64,000 nt of DNA from an archaeon (GCA_037443005.1 JBBIPE010000001.1:1634-65633); one strand, 5' to 3'. Positions 10,650 to 19,800 are shown, counted from the first letter of the stretch. The notes: generated by a model not told the origin, from the letters alone. Made by a program: numbers and translations.

Positions 10650-10922
10650 ATGATAAACACTAAAACGAAGCCGATTCACTACCCAAGACTTGATACGGTA
10701 TTGATGGTAGAAGACGCGATAAGAACAGCGAAGGAGTATCCATCGAAAAGACAGCTATGGCTATCGCTGAAGAAAAAAGTTATGTATCAGACATTTAATA
10801 TAATAATAGAATATCTTGAAGAGGCTAACAAGATTATAATAGATAGAGACGGTACCATAGTTTGGATTTGGAATCCTAAATTAGTAAAAAGATACGATAA
10901 AAAAGAGCTGCTTATAAGATGA
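10650..10922 (+). CDS. Putative antitoxin / small DNA-binding protein upstream of a RelE-like toxin
   Basis: 90-aa ORF 21 bp upstream of RelE/ParE-like ORF; TATA-like box upstream. Confidence 0.35.
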   Translation: MINTKTKPIHYPRLDTVLMVEDAIRTAKEYPSKRQLWLSLKKKVMYQTFNIIIEYLEEANKIIIDRDGTIVWIWNPKLVKRYDKKELLIR

Positions 10923-10943
10923 AAACAAATAAAGAGATTAAAC

Positions 10944-11255
10944 TTGTTTTTGCGGAAGAGTCGACTTGAAAAAGAACTTGAAAATGTTAAGAGTGAAAAT
11001 CCAAATTTGTATAAGTCTATAGGAAAGGCATTTTATGACATAAGAAAAAATCCAGAGTGCGGTATTCGCATACCAAACAGGCTTATACCAAAGATATATA
11101 TGGAAAAATATGGCATAGACAACTTAAGAAAATATAATCTTAGTGGCGCTTGGAGACTGCTGTATTCTATTGCCGCAAATGAAGTAGAAGTTCTAACAAT
11201 AGTACTTGAATGGCTACCACATAAAGAATATGAAAGAAGGTTCGGATATAGATAA
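10944..11255 (+). CDS. RelE/ParE-family type II toxin-like protein
   Basis: Pattern NPECGIRIP...LSGAWRLLYSI..VEVLTIVLEWLPHKEY matches RelE/ParE consensus (G-x-x-L, RllY, v-L-i-HR/Kxx-Y). Confidence 0.5.
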   Translation: MFLRKSRLEKELENVKSENPNLYKSIGKAFYDIRKNPECGIRIPNRLIPKIYMEKYGIDNLRKYNLSGAWRLLYSIAANEVEVLTIVLEWLPHKEYERRFGYR

Positions 11256-11629
11256 AGGCAAAATTGTCTTAATTTGATTTCTATATTTCGTGCTTTCAGT
11301 AATCTTATATAATTTCTGGGTGTTGATAAATTCGCTTGTGATTCTAAGTTTGGCCCTAAAGAGCACCAAGCCGATTGTATCGTCGAAGACGCTGGATGCG
11401 ATTTTATACAGCGTGAAGCTATTGGGCGTTACTTGATTTTTCTTATAAAATTATCTAAGCGCCATAGCCGTAAGTAGAGCAATTTCTTCGTTTTCTCGTA
11501 GAAAAGGTTAATGCGGTCGATTATACTGTATAACATACGATACAGAAACCGTAAAAAGTTGAGGTTTAAGTGATAATATGTCACATGGCTTTATTTCAAC
11601 TTAGCACTTTTCGCTCTACTGGAAGATTA

Positions 11630-11701
11630 AGCCTAGGGCGAGAATCGGACTCGCGATCTTCTCCTTACCAAGGAGACGCTTTGCCACTGAGCCACCTAGG
11701 C
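11630..11701 (-). tRNA. tRNA-Thr (anticodon GGU)
   Basis: Manual cloverleaf: 7-bp acceptor GCCTAGG/CCTAGGC, anticodon loop TTGGTAA, T-arm GCGAG-TCCGATT-CTCGC. Confidence 0.85.
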
Positions 11702-11790
11702 ATATAAATTAATTTTAAATTGCTCTTATATTTAACTTTGCTGATAAATATGGATGTTGGTTAAAGTTGTAAAAATACCCAAAATGAAAA

Positions 11791-11800
11791 TATTTAAATA
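11791..11800 (+). promoter_or_regulatory. TATA box for leaderless rps17e transcript
   Basis: TATTTAAATA centred about 26 nt upstream of ATG 11822. Confidence 0.35.
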
Positions 11801-11821
11801 TGCTATATACTATAATAACGG

Positions 11822-12040
11822 ATGGGAAGAATAAGGGGAAAAGAGATAAGGAACGCTACTTTAGAGGTACTGAGAGACTACAAAAATCTTTTCACTGATG
11901 ATTTTGAAAGCAACAAACTTGCATTGAACAAAGTGGTTTCAGCACAGAAGAGAAGCAGGAACAAAGTTGCTGGTTTTATAACAAAGCTTGCTAAGAAGAA
12001 AGCCATAGAAGAGTTTATAATAGAACATTCATCAAAATAA
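11822..12040 (+). CDS. rps17e: Ribosomal protein S17e
   Basis: MGRIRGKEIRNATLEVLRDY...RNKVAGFITKL matches eS17 family. Confidence 0.85.
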   Translation: MGRIRGKEIRNATLEVLRDYKNLFTDDFESNKLALNKVVSAQKRSRNKVAGFITKLAKKKAIEEFIIEHSSK

Positions 12041-13795
12041 TTTGACTTTTTCTATAAATGATTTGCCCTGTGGCATTAATCTATCTATATAATCTGCGTT
12101 GACTTCAAAATTATATTTCTGTGAAAGTGATCTATTAATCTTTCTTATTATCTCATCTCTTCTTTTGCTTCCCGGCCTAAGGAAGAAAAAAGGTTTGTCA
12201 GGATCATAAGGCGTTACATTTATACGCACCGATTCCTCATCAAAGTCAAATGATATATACACGCCTAGCTGTGTATTCTTTATATAATCTCTTTTTCCAT
12301 CTATGTAGAATGCTCCTTTTTTGAGGGATTCTCCCGAAGGAGGGTTTTTAGTAACCTGTTCTGGCTTAATAAAGTAGACATCAAGATTTGCAGCACCTGT
12401 TCTCCATGCAGATGAGTATGAGGCTATCATAGAGGCCATCTCTTCAATCTCCTTTTTCTCTATCTCTTTATTGTTTGATTTTATCACTCCAAACGGACTG
12501 CCGAATATATCTGCATGGCCGACAATATCCCCTTTTTCAGTATGTTTTTGGATTAGCGCTTCATTCTGATTTAAGTCTTTACCGATTACTCCTAGTTTAC
12601 CCCTTGAAGTCTTGAAATATCTGAACTTAGAGTACCAGTCATTGCCTGTGATAACCTTTAACCTTCTTACAGTGTTTACTTTGTTTTTTATCTTTTCTAT
12701 GTCTATCTTTTTCAGTCTTTTTGCCTTATCATAAAGCCCAGAAAGTATATACCTCAGGTCTTTTGTGATATCAATCTGCAATTGCGGCATTTCTGTAGAT
12801 ATGATGTTTTTGCCGTTTATCTCAAAACCTGCCTCTTTGAGTTTAATTTTTCTTTCCTCTAGAGTTTTGGATGAATCCCTTATAAGAGTTATGGCGTTTT
12901 GAAGCTTTTCGTAATTATCGTTTATGTAATCTATAGTTTTCTGGTAATCCTCAAGCTTCTCCTTTGCCCTGCCAATCTCGGCTTTTATAGGGTTGTAACT
13001 GTTTTTGATTTCATCTCTTTTTTCAAATAACCTACTTACAGCTTCATTTATACTTCCAAAGTACTCTCTATCTCCGCTCAAATGCCTAAGCTCTATGACC
13101 GAAAAAATTCTTCCGTCGATTATGTTTGGTTTCTTTTCATCTAAAATCTCTGCAAACGCTTTTTTTAGTCTTGACACATCTTCTTCTGTTAAGTCAGCTA
13201 GTTTTTTCGATTTTTCTGTTTCAGATCTGAAACACACTTCCTCGGCATATTCTCCTCCTAAAGAAAAATCTATAGCAAGACATTTTACCGTGCTTTCCTT
13301 GTCCGAGGAATACAAAATATCAGAAAATGTATTTAGCATTTCTGAGAAGCTGTGTTTTCCTCCTGGAGGATAGATGTATTCGCTGCCGCTTTTTATTGTC
13401 CTGCTTTCAAAGCTTCTCTGAAAAAGGGCTCTTTCAATCTTACCAGCGGTTACAAGTATTACGTTTCCTCTTGAGAACATCTCTATTATGAGCGTATTTT
13501 TATCAGTTTTTATCTCAAGGATCCTATCTGAATTGTGCATTGAAAAAGCCATTTTTTTGCCTTTGAGTGCGTTTTTCAATGTAACAGTAAACCCAAAATC
13601 AATGGTTTCTTCTGGCTTTGAATCCACTATACAAAGATAGCTTCCCGGTACTATTTTTAACCAATATTCCTTTCCTCTATAAATGAGAAAATAGATCTCA
13701 TTCTTACCGCTTTTTATGTTTCTTATAAAGCCGTTGTTTATGTAGGAAATCTCATCAAGAAGATTCTTTATATCCAGTGAGACAAGGCTTTGCAT
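12032..13795 (-). CDS. NFACT-family protein (FbpA/Tae2/NEMF homologue, RqcH-like)
   Basis: NFACT-N and NFACT-R (DUF814) blocks; 587 aa typical archaeal length. Confidence 0.75.
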   Translation of the reverse strand: MQSLVSLDIKNLLDEISYINNGFIRNIKSGKNEIYFLIYRGKEYWLKIVPGSYLCIVDSKPEETIDFGFTVTLKNALKGKKMAFSMHNSDRILEIKTDKNTLIIEMFSRGNVILVTAGKIERALFQRSFESRTIKSGSEYIYPPGGKHSFSEMLNTFSDILYSSDKESTVKCLAIDFSLGGEYAEEVCFRSETEKSKKLADLTEEDVSRLKKAFAEILDEKKPNIIDGRIFSVIELRHLSGDREYFGSINEAVSRLFEKRDEIKNSYNPIKAEIGRAKEKLEDYQKTIDYINDNYEKLQNAITLIRDSSKTLEERKIKLKEAGFEINGKNIISTEMPQLQIDITKDLRYILSGLYDKAKRLKKIDIEKIKNKVNTVRRLKVITGNDWYSKFRYFKTSRGKLGVIGKDLNQNEALIQKHTEKGDIVGHADIFGSPFGVIKSNNKEIEKKEIEEMASMIASYSSAWRTGAANLDVYFIKPEQVTKNPPSGESLKKGAFYIDGKRDYIKNTQLGVYISFDFDEESVRINVTPYDPDKPFFFLRPGSKRRDEIIRKINRSLSQKYNFEVNADYIDRLMPQGKSFIEKVKLF

Positions 13796-13797
13796 GA

Positions 13798-14268
13798 TTA
13801 CTGGTTGAAATTTGACTGGATTGAGCTTTTTATGCTTTCAATGTCGCTTTCAAATGCTGTTTTTCTCTGTGTCAGGACTTCTTCATTCATCTTATCATAA
13901 AGCGGCCTTACGAGCTTTGATACACCCTTTGTCCATTTGTTCAAATAGTCAACAAGTATATCCGCTACAAGCTGTACCTGAACCGTTCCAGTTTTGGCTT
14001 TTACCTGCTTGCCGTCTTTCGTTGCCATGATTTCCTGTATATTCCTGTAATCCAGGTTGACTGTTATCCTGTATGCCATGTAGTCATCTATAACCTTCAT
14101 AGCTATCCATTTTATAACATAATTTGCACCAGAAAACTGAACATAATTTGTTTCCTTTACAGAGTATCCTGCCGAAATAAACAGATCTTTAAGAAAATTA
14201 TAGAACTTCTGATCGTCAAGTATGCCCTCATACTGGACAGTAGTGTTTCCCATCGGTATTATTTCCAT
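13798..14268 (-). CDS. Hypothetical protein
   Basis: 156-aa ORF with 3-bp gap to downstream gene; no family recognised. Confidence 0.45.
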   Translation of the reverse strand: MEIIPMGNTTVQYEGILDDQKFYNFLKDLFISAGYSVKETNYVQFSGANYVIKWIAMKVIDDYMAYRITVNLDYRNIQEIMATKDGKQVKAKTGTVQVQLVADILVDYLNKWTKGVSKLVRPLYDKMNEEVLTQRKTAFESDIESIKSSIQSNFNQ

Positions 14269-14306
14269 ATCTTTTTTAGATTATTGCTAAATTTAACTCT
14301 TTCCAG

Positions 14307-15350
14307 TTAAGCTCCCCAGAAAACAAATAAACCTATAATGGCTATAAAAATCTCGATTAATGTTAGGAAAAATGAAATCTGCCATTCTTTGTATTTTCCG
14401 GTTCTCAGGAAAATATGTGTGAGAGAGTATATATTTCTACCATAAGATGACTTCAACCTGCCATCCTTCTGTATTAATCCCCAGGAACTTGCATGGAACC
14501 TCTTTCTTGCTTTAAGGAAAAATTCTATAATCCAAGGTATCAAAAGAACTAGGGCGAATACTTGCATGTTACCTATTATTGCAACTGCTGCTACAGCTCC
14601 TCCAATAAGGTATGTAAGGCTGTCTCCAGGTATTATTTTTGCAGGGTATTTACCGTAATACATGTACCCTGCAAGCACTGCGAACATGATGACAGAAAGA
14701 GCAAATCCATTGTAGTTTTGTGTATGGTAAGCCATTATTGAGAAGGCAGCGAAAACCACTAAACCCATTTGAACAGCAATGCCATTCAACCCTTCAAGCA
14801 TGTTGTATGCATTTGAAGCAAATACAACTGCGATAGGTATTAAAAATACTATATATATAGTAGGATTTATTGTGAAGTTTCCTATAAATGGAATATAAAC
14901 CGTGCTTCCTAAGAAAAATACCATAAGTGGTATTGCGCCTATTAGTGTAAGTATTGGCTTCTGCCATTGTCTTATCCCTCCATTAAATAAAGAGTAATTT
15001 TTTGCCATTCTTTTTATATCGGCCATTGAAGTCCTTATTTTTCCGCCGGATATATCATCCACAAACCCTATAAGGGAAATTATTATTATTGAGGATAGAC
15101 CAAGCAGAAGAATTTCCGGGTTAAAATCTGCTTTTATTATATAATTAAAGGCAGCAATCAACGACATTATGCCGCCAAATAATCCTATAATCAAAAGAAA
15201 TCCTCCGCTTGCCGGTAAAATAGGCCGTTTAATCTTGTTTATATCCTGTGCTACAAGGCCTGCCCTTACAAGCAATGGGATTATGAATCTTCCGCTTATC
15301 AAAGTCGCTGCAAATGCTATTACTGCAGAGAGCAATATTTCTAATAACAT
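14307..15350 (-). CDS. UDP-GlcNAc:dolichyl-phosphate GlcNAc-1-P transferase-like (MraY/WecA/GPT family, AglH-like)
   Basis: NAYNMLEGLNGIAVQ motif; about 10 TM helices. Confidence 0.8.
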   Translation of the reverse strand: MLLEILLSAVIAFAATLISGRFIIPLLVRAGLVAQDINKIKRPILPASGGFLLIIGLFGGIMSLIAAFNYIIKADFNPEILLLGLSSIIIISLIGFVDDISGGKIRTSMADIKRMAKNYSLFNGGIRQWQKPILTLIGAIPLMVFFLGSTVYIPFIGNFTINPTIYIVFLIPIAVVFASNAYNMLEGLNGIAVQMGLVVFAAFSIMAYHTQNYNGFALSVIMFAVLAGYMYYGKYPAKIIPGDSLTYLIGGAVAAVAIIGNMQVFALVLLIPWIIEFFLKARKRFHASSWGLIQKDGRLKSSYGRNIYSLTHIFLRTGKYKEWQISFFLTLIEIFIAIIGLFVFWGA

Positions 15351-15421
15351 TTAAATGCTTGCGTTTCAATCTATTTAAGTTTTATATTTGCGCCGTATAT
15401 AACTTGTATTGTGCCTGTTAA

Positions 15422-15494
15422 AGCCCTGTAGTGTAGCGGCCAAGCACGAGGGCCTTTGGAGCCCTAGACACCGGTTCAAATCCGGTCAGGGCTA
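15422..15494 (+). tRNA. tRNA-Gln (anticodon UUG)
   Basis: Manual cloverleaf: A1-U72 acceptor typical of archaeal tRNA-Gln, anticodon loop CTTTGGA, T-arm CCGG-TTCAAAT-CCGG, discriminator A; TATA-like box about 30 nt upstream. Confidence 0.85.
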
Positions 15495-15632
15495 TATTAT
15501 AAATGGGATAATGATATCTTCCAGAAATTGGACTAATTTATTAGTCTAAATCCTAACGGGTCTAGTTTTTAGTAAGTATAATAGGATTTTCAGGAAATTA
15601 TACTAACTAACTCTTTAACTTTTTTAACGGCA

Positions 15633-15697
15633 GGCGTCTTCCCGGCGTCAAAACATTTAAATAAAAAAAAACATAGAATGTGCATGGGAAGACGTCC
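15633..15697 (+). promoter_or_regulatory. Inverted repeat GGCGTCTTCCC / GGGAAGACGTCC bracketing the TATA-like box and 5' end of the pilin gene
   Basis: 10/11-bp inverted repeat separated by 42 nt; encloses TTTAAATAAAAAAAAA and the first ATG. Confidence 0.35.
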
Positions 15698-16868
15698 TAA
15701 GCATGCCATCATGCGCAATCAGATGACTGGTATAAGGAAGTCTCAGTCTGCTTTAGAGTATATGATGACCTATGGCTGGGCTATACTAATAATAGTCATC
15801 GTAGCCGTTATTCTTTACTCTTTTGGGATATTCAATCCCTCATCAAGTATCTCTACAACGATAACAGGATTCTCTGGTTTGGGCAGCGTGACAGCACAGT
15901 GTATGATGAACAGCGGATTGAGAATTGAACTTGGAGATAATCTAGGCTATACAATTAATATAACGGAGATAAATATTACATCCAATGGAGCCATTCAAAT
16001 AATTCATCCAAATAAGATTATTACTCCCCAAGGAACATACATCTTTTATATTCCAAATGTATGTACTGGGGGCGCAGGTTCAAGATTTTCTATTAAATCT
16101 ACAGTATACTACACAGAGCCTACGCAGGTATTAGAAGGGCCTTATACTTCTACAGGGACGATAACCGGAACGGTCTCATCTAATATTATTCCTTATCAGG
16201 GAGTTTCTTCCATTAATTACAGCTCTTATGTATCTTTTTCAAATATTCCAATAAATGCAAATCAGACCTCCTTTACAGTCCTTTTGTGGATTAAAGCGAA
16301 TACCAACAGCGATGGTAATGACTTTGCTTGGGGCACAACTGGTTGTACTGATGGGGTCTATATGGCTGGCGGTACAAATTCCATAGGCTTTGTGGGTCTT
16401 GGCTGGACGCTGACAAATGTAAGCGGTAGTTTTGCATGTCAAAATGTTGTTGGATCAGCTTTCTCACAACAAAGCCACGATCAATACACGTGGGCTTTTT
16501 ATACGATAGATTATAACGCTCCTTCTAAGACATTTAATTTTTATGTGGATGCACAAAATATTGGAACTCAAGTCTTGACAAGCACACAGTTTCCCGAGAA
16601 TGATTTTAGTTTTAGTGAGTTATTCTGGACTGAAGGGGGCTGTACATCACCAGGCTGTTGGTTTAACGGGCAAATATCCGACTTTCAAATTTATAACACT
16701 TCGCTTTCACAGACACAGATAAATGAGATATACCTAAGCCCAACTTTCTCTCCGCTGCCTTCAAACAACCTAGTAGCTTATTACCCATTAAATGGAACGG
16801 CTAAGGATTTTAGTGGACATAACTTAAACGGTAATCCACATGATGTAAATTTTGGAGTTATTAGCTGA
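15678..16868 (+). CDS. Archaeal type IV pilin-like protein (class III signal peptide) with C-terminal LamG/concanavalin-like domain
   Basis: QSALEYMMTYGWAILIIVIV class III signal/TM; LamG-like C-terminal domain; true start may be ATG 15723 (MTGIRKS). Confidence 0.7.
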   Translation: MCMGRRPKHAIMRNQMTGIRKSQSALEYMMTYGWAILIIVIVAVILYSFGIFNPSSSISTTITGFSGLGSVTAQCMMNSGLRIELGDNLGYTINITEINITSNGAIQIIHPNKIITPQGTYIFYIPNVCTGGAGSRFSIKSTVYYTEPTQVLEGPYTSTGTITGTVSSNIIPYQGVSSINYSSYVSFSNIPINANQTSFTVLLWIKANTNSDGNDFAWGTTGCTDGVYMAGGTNSIGFVGLGWTLTNVSGSFACQNVVGSAFSQQSHDQYTWAFYTIDYNAPSKTFNFYVDAQNIGTQVLTSTQFPENDFSFSELFWTEGGCTSPGCWFNGQISDFQIYNTSLSQTQINEIYLSPTFSPLPSNNLVAYYPLNGTAKDFSGHNLNGNPHDVNFGVIS

Positions 16869-16915
16869 TTATTTTATACCATAAATTTGAAATTTTCTCT
16901 AATCTGTCGTCTGAC

Positions 16916-17101
16916 TTAATTGCGTTTTTTTGCTATTCTTCTCAGATATACCCAGTCAAAGAAGTTTCTTATCTTCCTGATAATATAATCTATCCCTAGT
17001 ATATACAAGACGAACAGCGCTATAGATGCTATCAATGGGATATAAATCCAAGGTATAAACAAAGCGCCGTAGTAAAATATCGCAGATGTAATTGCGGTCA
17101 A
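16916..17101 (-). CDS. Small predicted membrane protein
   Basis: 61 aa, two hydrophobic helices; no family recognised. Confidence 0.3.
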   Translation of the reverse strand: MTAITSAIFYYGALFIPWIYIPLIASIALFVLYILGIDYIIRKIRNFFDWVYLRRIAKKRN

Positions 17102-17228
17102 TGCCAGACCTATCTCGACCCGCTAACTTGTGAAAGGGGTATATGATGTCTCATTCTTAAACGGACTCCTGCCTACCCAGATCCCAAAGAAAAGCCTAAT
17201 CCCTGCCTAAGCTGTGGCCCAAGCATGC

Positions 17229-17283
17229 GGGGGTAATGCGGGAGTCATTTGGGAGTAGAGTGGGAGTAATCTGGGAATCATCT
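17229..17283. repeat. Five tandem 11-bp units GGGRGTNNNNN (GGGGGTAATGC, GGGAGTCATTT, GGGAGTAGAGT, GGGAGTAATCT, GGGAATCATCT)
   Basis: Direct inspection; one helical turn periodicity, GC-rich island in AT-rich non-coding DNA. Confidence 0.7.
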
Positions 17284-17414
17284 ACCACAGAATGATTATG
17301 ATACTATTAAGACGCTAAAAAAGATTAAAATGTTAAAATAAATTGACTACTTTAGCCTTTTCTATGTTGTAGTACTCAAGCGGTTACAAGTTATATATTT
17401 TATACCGAAGTTAT

Positions 17415-17446
17415 ATTTATATATAACATCAGTATATAACACTGAT
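17415..17446 (+). promoter_or_regulatory. TATA box plus perfect palindrome ATCAGT-atataac-ACTGAT abutting the ATG of the AbiEii-like gene
   Basis: TTTATATATAAC then ATCAGTATATAACACTGAT immediately before ATG 17447. Confidence 0.5.
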
Positions 17447-18097
17447 ATGACAGCTTTGCCGATAACTAACAGGCTAAGGATAGCCAGACACAGAAAGGTG
17501 GCGGTAGCACAGGATATTCTTGTTGTATCGCTGTATGCACATTTTCCAAATGCGGTTATACACGGTGGCACTGCCCTTTGGAGATGCTACGGTGGAAATA
17601 GGTTCTCGGAGGACATTGATGTTTATCTGGATCCAGATGATAAGAACGCCAATTTTGGTGTGTTTGTTCATGAACTTGAAACACGTGGATTAGAAAAAAT
17701 AAAATTCAAAAAATCAAAGACTTCCATCTTCTCAGCCTTCGCATATGATAGAGAGCATGTTGCTTTCGAGGCCGTATTCAAGCATGTAGTGGGAACGCCT
17801 GTGAAATATGAGATGAGCGATGGGACGTTTATCTTTGTACGCACGCTTACTCCAAAAGAGCTCATGCTTGAAAAGATTGTCACTTATCTTGACAGAAAGA
17901 AAATCAGGGACCTTTATGATATGTATTTTCTATCTAGTATAGCGGATGCGGACGAATCTCTGCGGAGACATATAAATCCACTCACCTCAAGATTTATCAT
18001 GCCAGTCGATACTGATACATTGTCTTCATTAGTACTTACTGGTGCTGTGCCGACCGTGGATGAGATGGTAGGAAGATTGAAATTATGGGCAAAATAG
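17447..18097 (+). CDS. AbiEii/DUF1814-family nucleotidyltransferase (type IV TA toxin-like)
   Basis: GGTALWRCYGGNRFSEDIDV matches AbiEii GGTAL...RFSEDIDF signature; C-terminal RDLYDM. Confidence 0.75.
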   Translation: MTALPITNRLRIARHRKVAVAQDILVVSLYAHFPNAVIHGGTALWRCYGGNRFSEDIDVYLDPDDKNANFGVFVHELETRGLEKIKFKKSKTSIFSAFAYDREHVAFEAVFKHVVGTPVKYEMSDGTFIFVRTLTPKELMLEKIVTYLDRKKIRDLYDMYFLSSIADADESLRRHINPLTSRFIMPVDTDTLSSLVLTGAVPTVDEMVGRLKLWAK

Positions 18098-18660
18098 TAC
18101 ATATCAAAGAACTAAGAGAATTTTTTTCTAGTACGCCGGTTTTTAGCACCAGGGACGTGGAAACTGTCGCAGGCAGTGGCTATAGCAGACTTATGCTTCA
18201 TAATCTCACGAAAAGAGGCGAAATAAAGAGATTAGTGCGAGGTTATTACACCAAACTGGATGACCCGATGATTTCAGTATTCTGTTTCAGACCTGCTTAC
18301 TTGGGTCTTTATACCGCCCTCAGTTTACACAACTTATGGGAGCAGGAAACTAATGTTAATATAATCACATCCAGGAATGTTCGTATTGGTATGAGAAAAA
18401 TACTGGAAAGCAATGTGAATATACGCAGGATTAACAGCAGATACATGTTTGGCTTCGATTTAATCAAGTATGAAAATATATACTTGCCTGTTTCTGATGT
18501 GGAAAAAACTATATTGGATTTCAAGTATTTTGGTCTTAAACTAGACAGAGATATACTGAAGAATGCGGCAGAAAGGATAGATAAAAAGAAACTGGCAGCC
18601 TATTCTGCTAAATTTGATAAGGATACTGCAGAAACTGTTTTTACTTCATTAAAAGCTTAG
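18085..18660 (+). CDS. AbiEi-like wHTH protein (type IV TA antitoxin/regulator-like)
   Basis: N-terminal FSTRDVETVAGSGYSRLMLHNLTKRGEIKRLVRGYY matches AbiEi_4 domain; overlaps upstream gene by 13 nt. Confidence 0.6.
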   Translation: MGKIVHIKELREFFSSTPVFSTRDVETVAGSGYSRLMLHNLTKRGEIKRLVRGYYTKLDDPMISVFCFRPAYLGLYTALSLHNLWEQETNVNIITSRNVRIGMRKILESNVNIRRINSRYMFGFDLIKYENIYLPVSDVEKTILDFKYFGLKLDRDILKNAAERIDKKKLAAYSAKFDKDTAETVFTSLKA

Positions 18661-18919
18661 ACAGAACATATAATACGTATTTATACTTCAAGAATAAGAC
18701 AACTATTCTTTCATATTAAATCAATGATAATCTAAAGACTATGGAAGAATAGTATCAACGGACTTATTGCAAATGCTATATTTAGTACGACCCATACTAG
18801 CTGCAATTTTATGCGATAAAAAAAGAACGCTGTCGCCGAGTATATGACTATAGCTATAGCTCCAAAACCCAATGCCGCACCGGTAATCAATGGATTTGAG
18901 CCAGTATTGAACGAAAGTC

Positions 18920-19285
18920 CTATGCTAATAGGATGAAACCGAAACTACCTATGGTGCCGATTGGCTCCTTTTTATAGTGCTCTATCGAAAACAGATAAAT
19001 TACCATCAATACAGCGATAAACAGCATTATTATGAGTGCGTAGACTGGTTGCAGCTGTAAAAATCCAACTGCCGCGCCGGCTACCACTACAAATTGAAGG
19101 GCCATTAAAACCTTTTGGATGCTTATCACAGCAACTAGGAAAAGCACGAAAGCTCCCAGGAGTATACTAGATTTCTGTAGGATTGAGCCGAAACTAATGA
19201 ATGAGATAGCGTATACCAGCAACAACATTGCAGCTACCGCGGTGTATAGAAGTGCACTGCTTTCTTTCTTCGACCGTTTGACCAT
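18920..19285 (-). CDS. Predicted membrane protein
   Basis: 121 aa with 3-4 TM helices; preferred over overlapping plus-strand ORF. Confidence 0.4.
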   Translation of the reverse strand: MVKRSKKESSALLYTAVAAMLLLVYAISFISFGSILQKSSILLGAFVLFLVAVISIQKVLMALQFVVVAGAAVGFLQLQPVYALIIMLFIAVLMVIYLFSIEHYKKEPIGTIGSFGFILLA

Positions 19286-19401
19286 TGTAAAACTAATATA
19301 CTATACTATTTAAAGAAATTATCCCAAATCGGGGTTACAGACTGCTGCCTTTTCAAGGCGCATGAATTTATCGTTTAGTTGTCATTCAAATTCTTATTGC
19401 T

Positions 19402-19800
19402 CTAGCTTATCTTCTTGAGCATTTCATCAATGTTAGAATTATTTCTATGGTCACCGTGGAACCATAGATCTAAACCGTCATTTTCATGTCTCGGAATTAT
19501 GTGGAGATGAAAATGAAAGACGCTCTGTTGCGCACTTCTGCCGGAAGCATTTAGCAGGTTTACAGCATCAATTCCCAGTGAATTATTGTATATCTTTGTT
19601 ATTTTCTTGGTTACAGCAGCTATCCTTTCGATGGTTTTTGTGTCTATACCGAAAATGTCTTCATAATGCTTTTTTGGTATAACTAATGTATGCCCATCGC
19701 TGACCGGATTCGCATCAAGAAAAGCAATAACAGCGTCATCTTCATATATAATCTTAGCTTCTGCGTTGTGGCTGGCTATCATGCAAAAAATGCATTCCAT
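19402..19800 (-). CDS. HIT-family (Hint-like) nucleotide hydrolase
   Basis: Canonical HFHLHIIPR histidine triad; start trimmed to MECIFC. Confidence 0.8.
   Translation of the reverse strand: MECIFCMIASHNAEAKIIYEDDAVIAFLDANPVSDGHTLVIPKKHYEDIFGIDTKTIERIAAVTKKITKIYNNSLGIDAVNLLNASGRSAQQSVFHFHLHIIPRHENDGLDLWFHGDHRNNSNIDEMLKKIS

Noticed and set aside
17362-17671. Minus-strand ORFs 17362-17571 and 17474-17671 across the AbiEii-like gene start
   Set aside because: They overlap a gene that has a strong family signature, and they would destroy the palindrome-plus-TATA promoter logic.
19119-19313. Plus-strand 64-aa ORF overlapping the membrane-protein ORF 18920-19285
   Set aside because: The minus-strand frame gives a coherent multi-TM protein. 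The plus-strand frame has no start context and a low-complexity composition.
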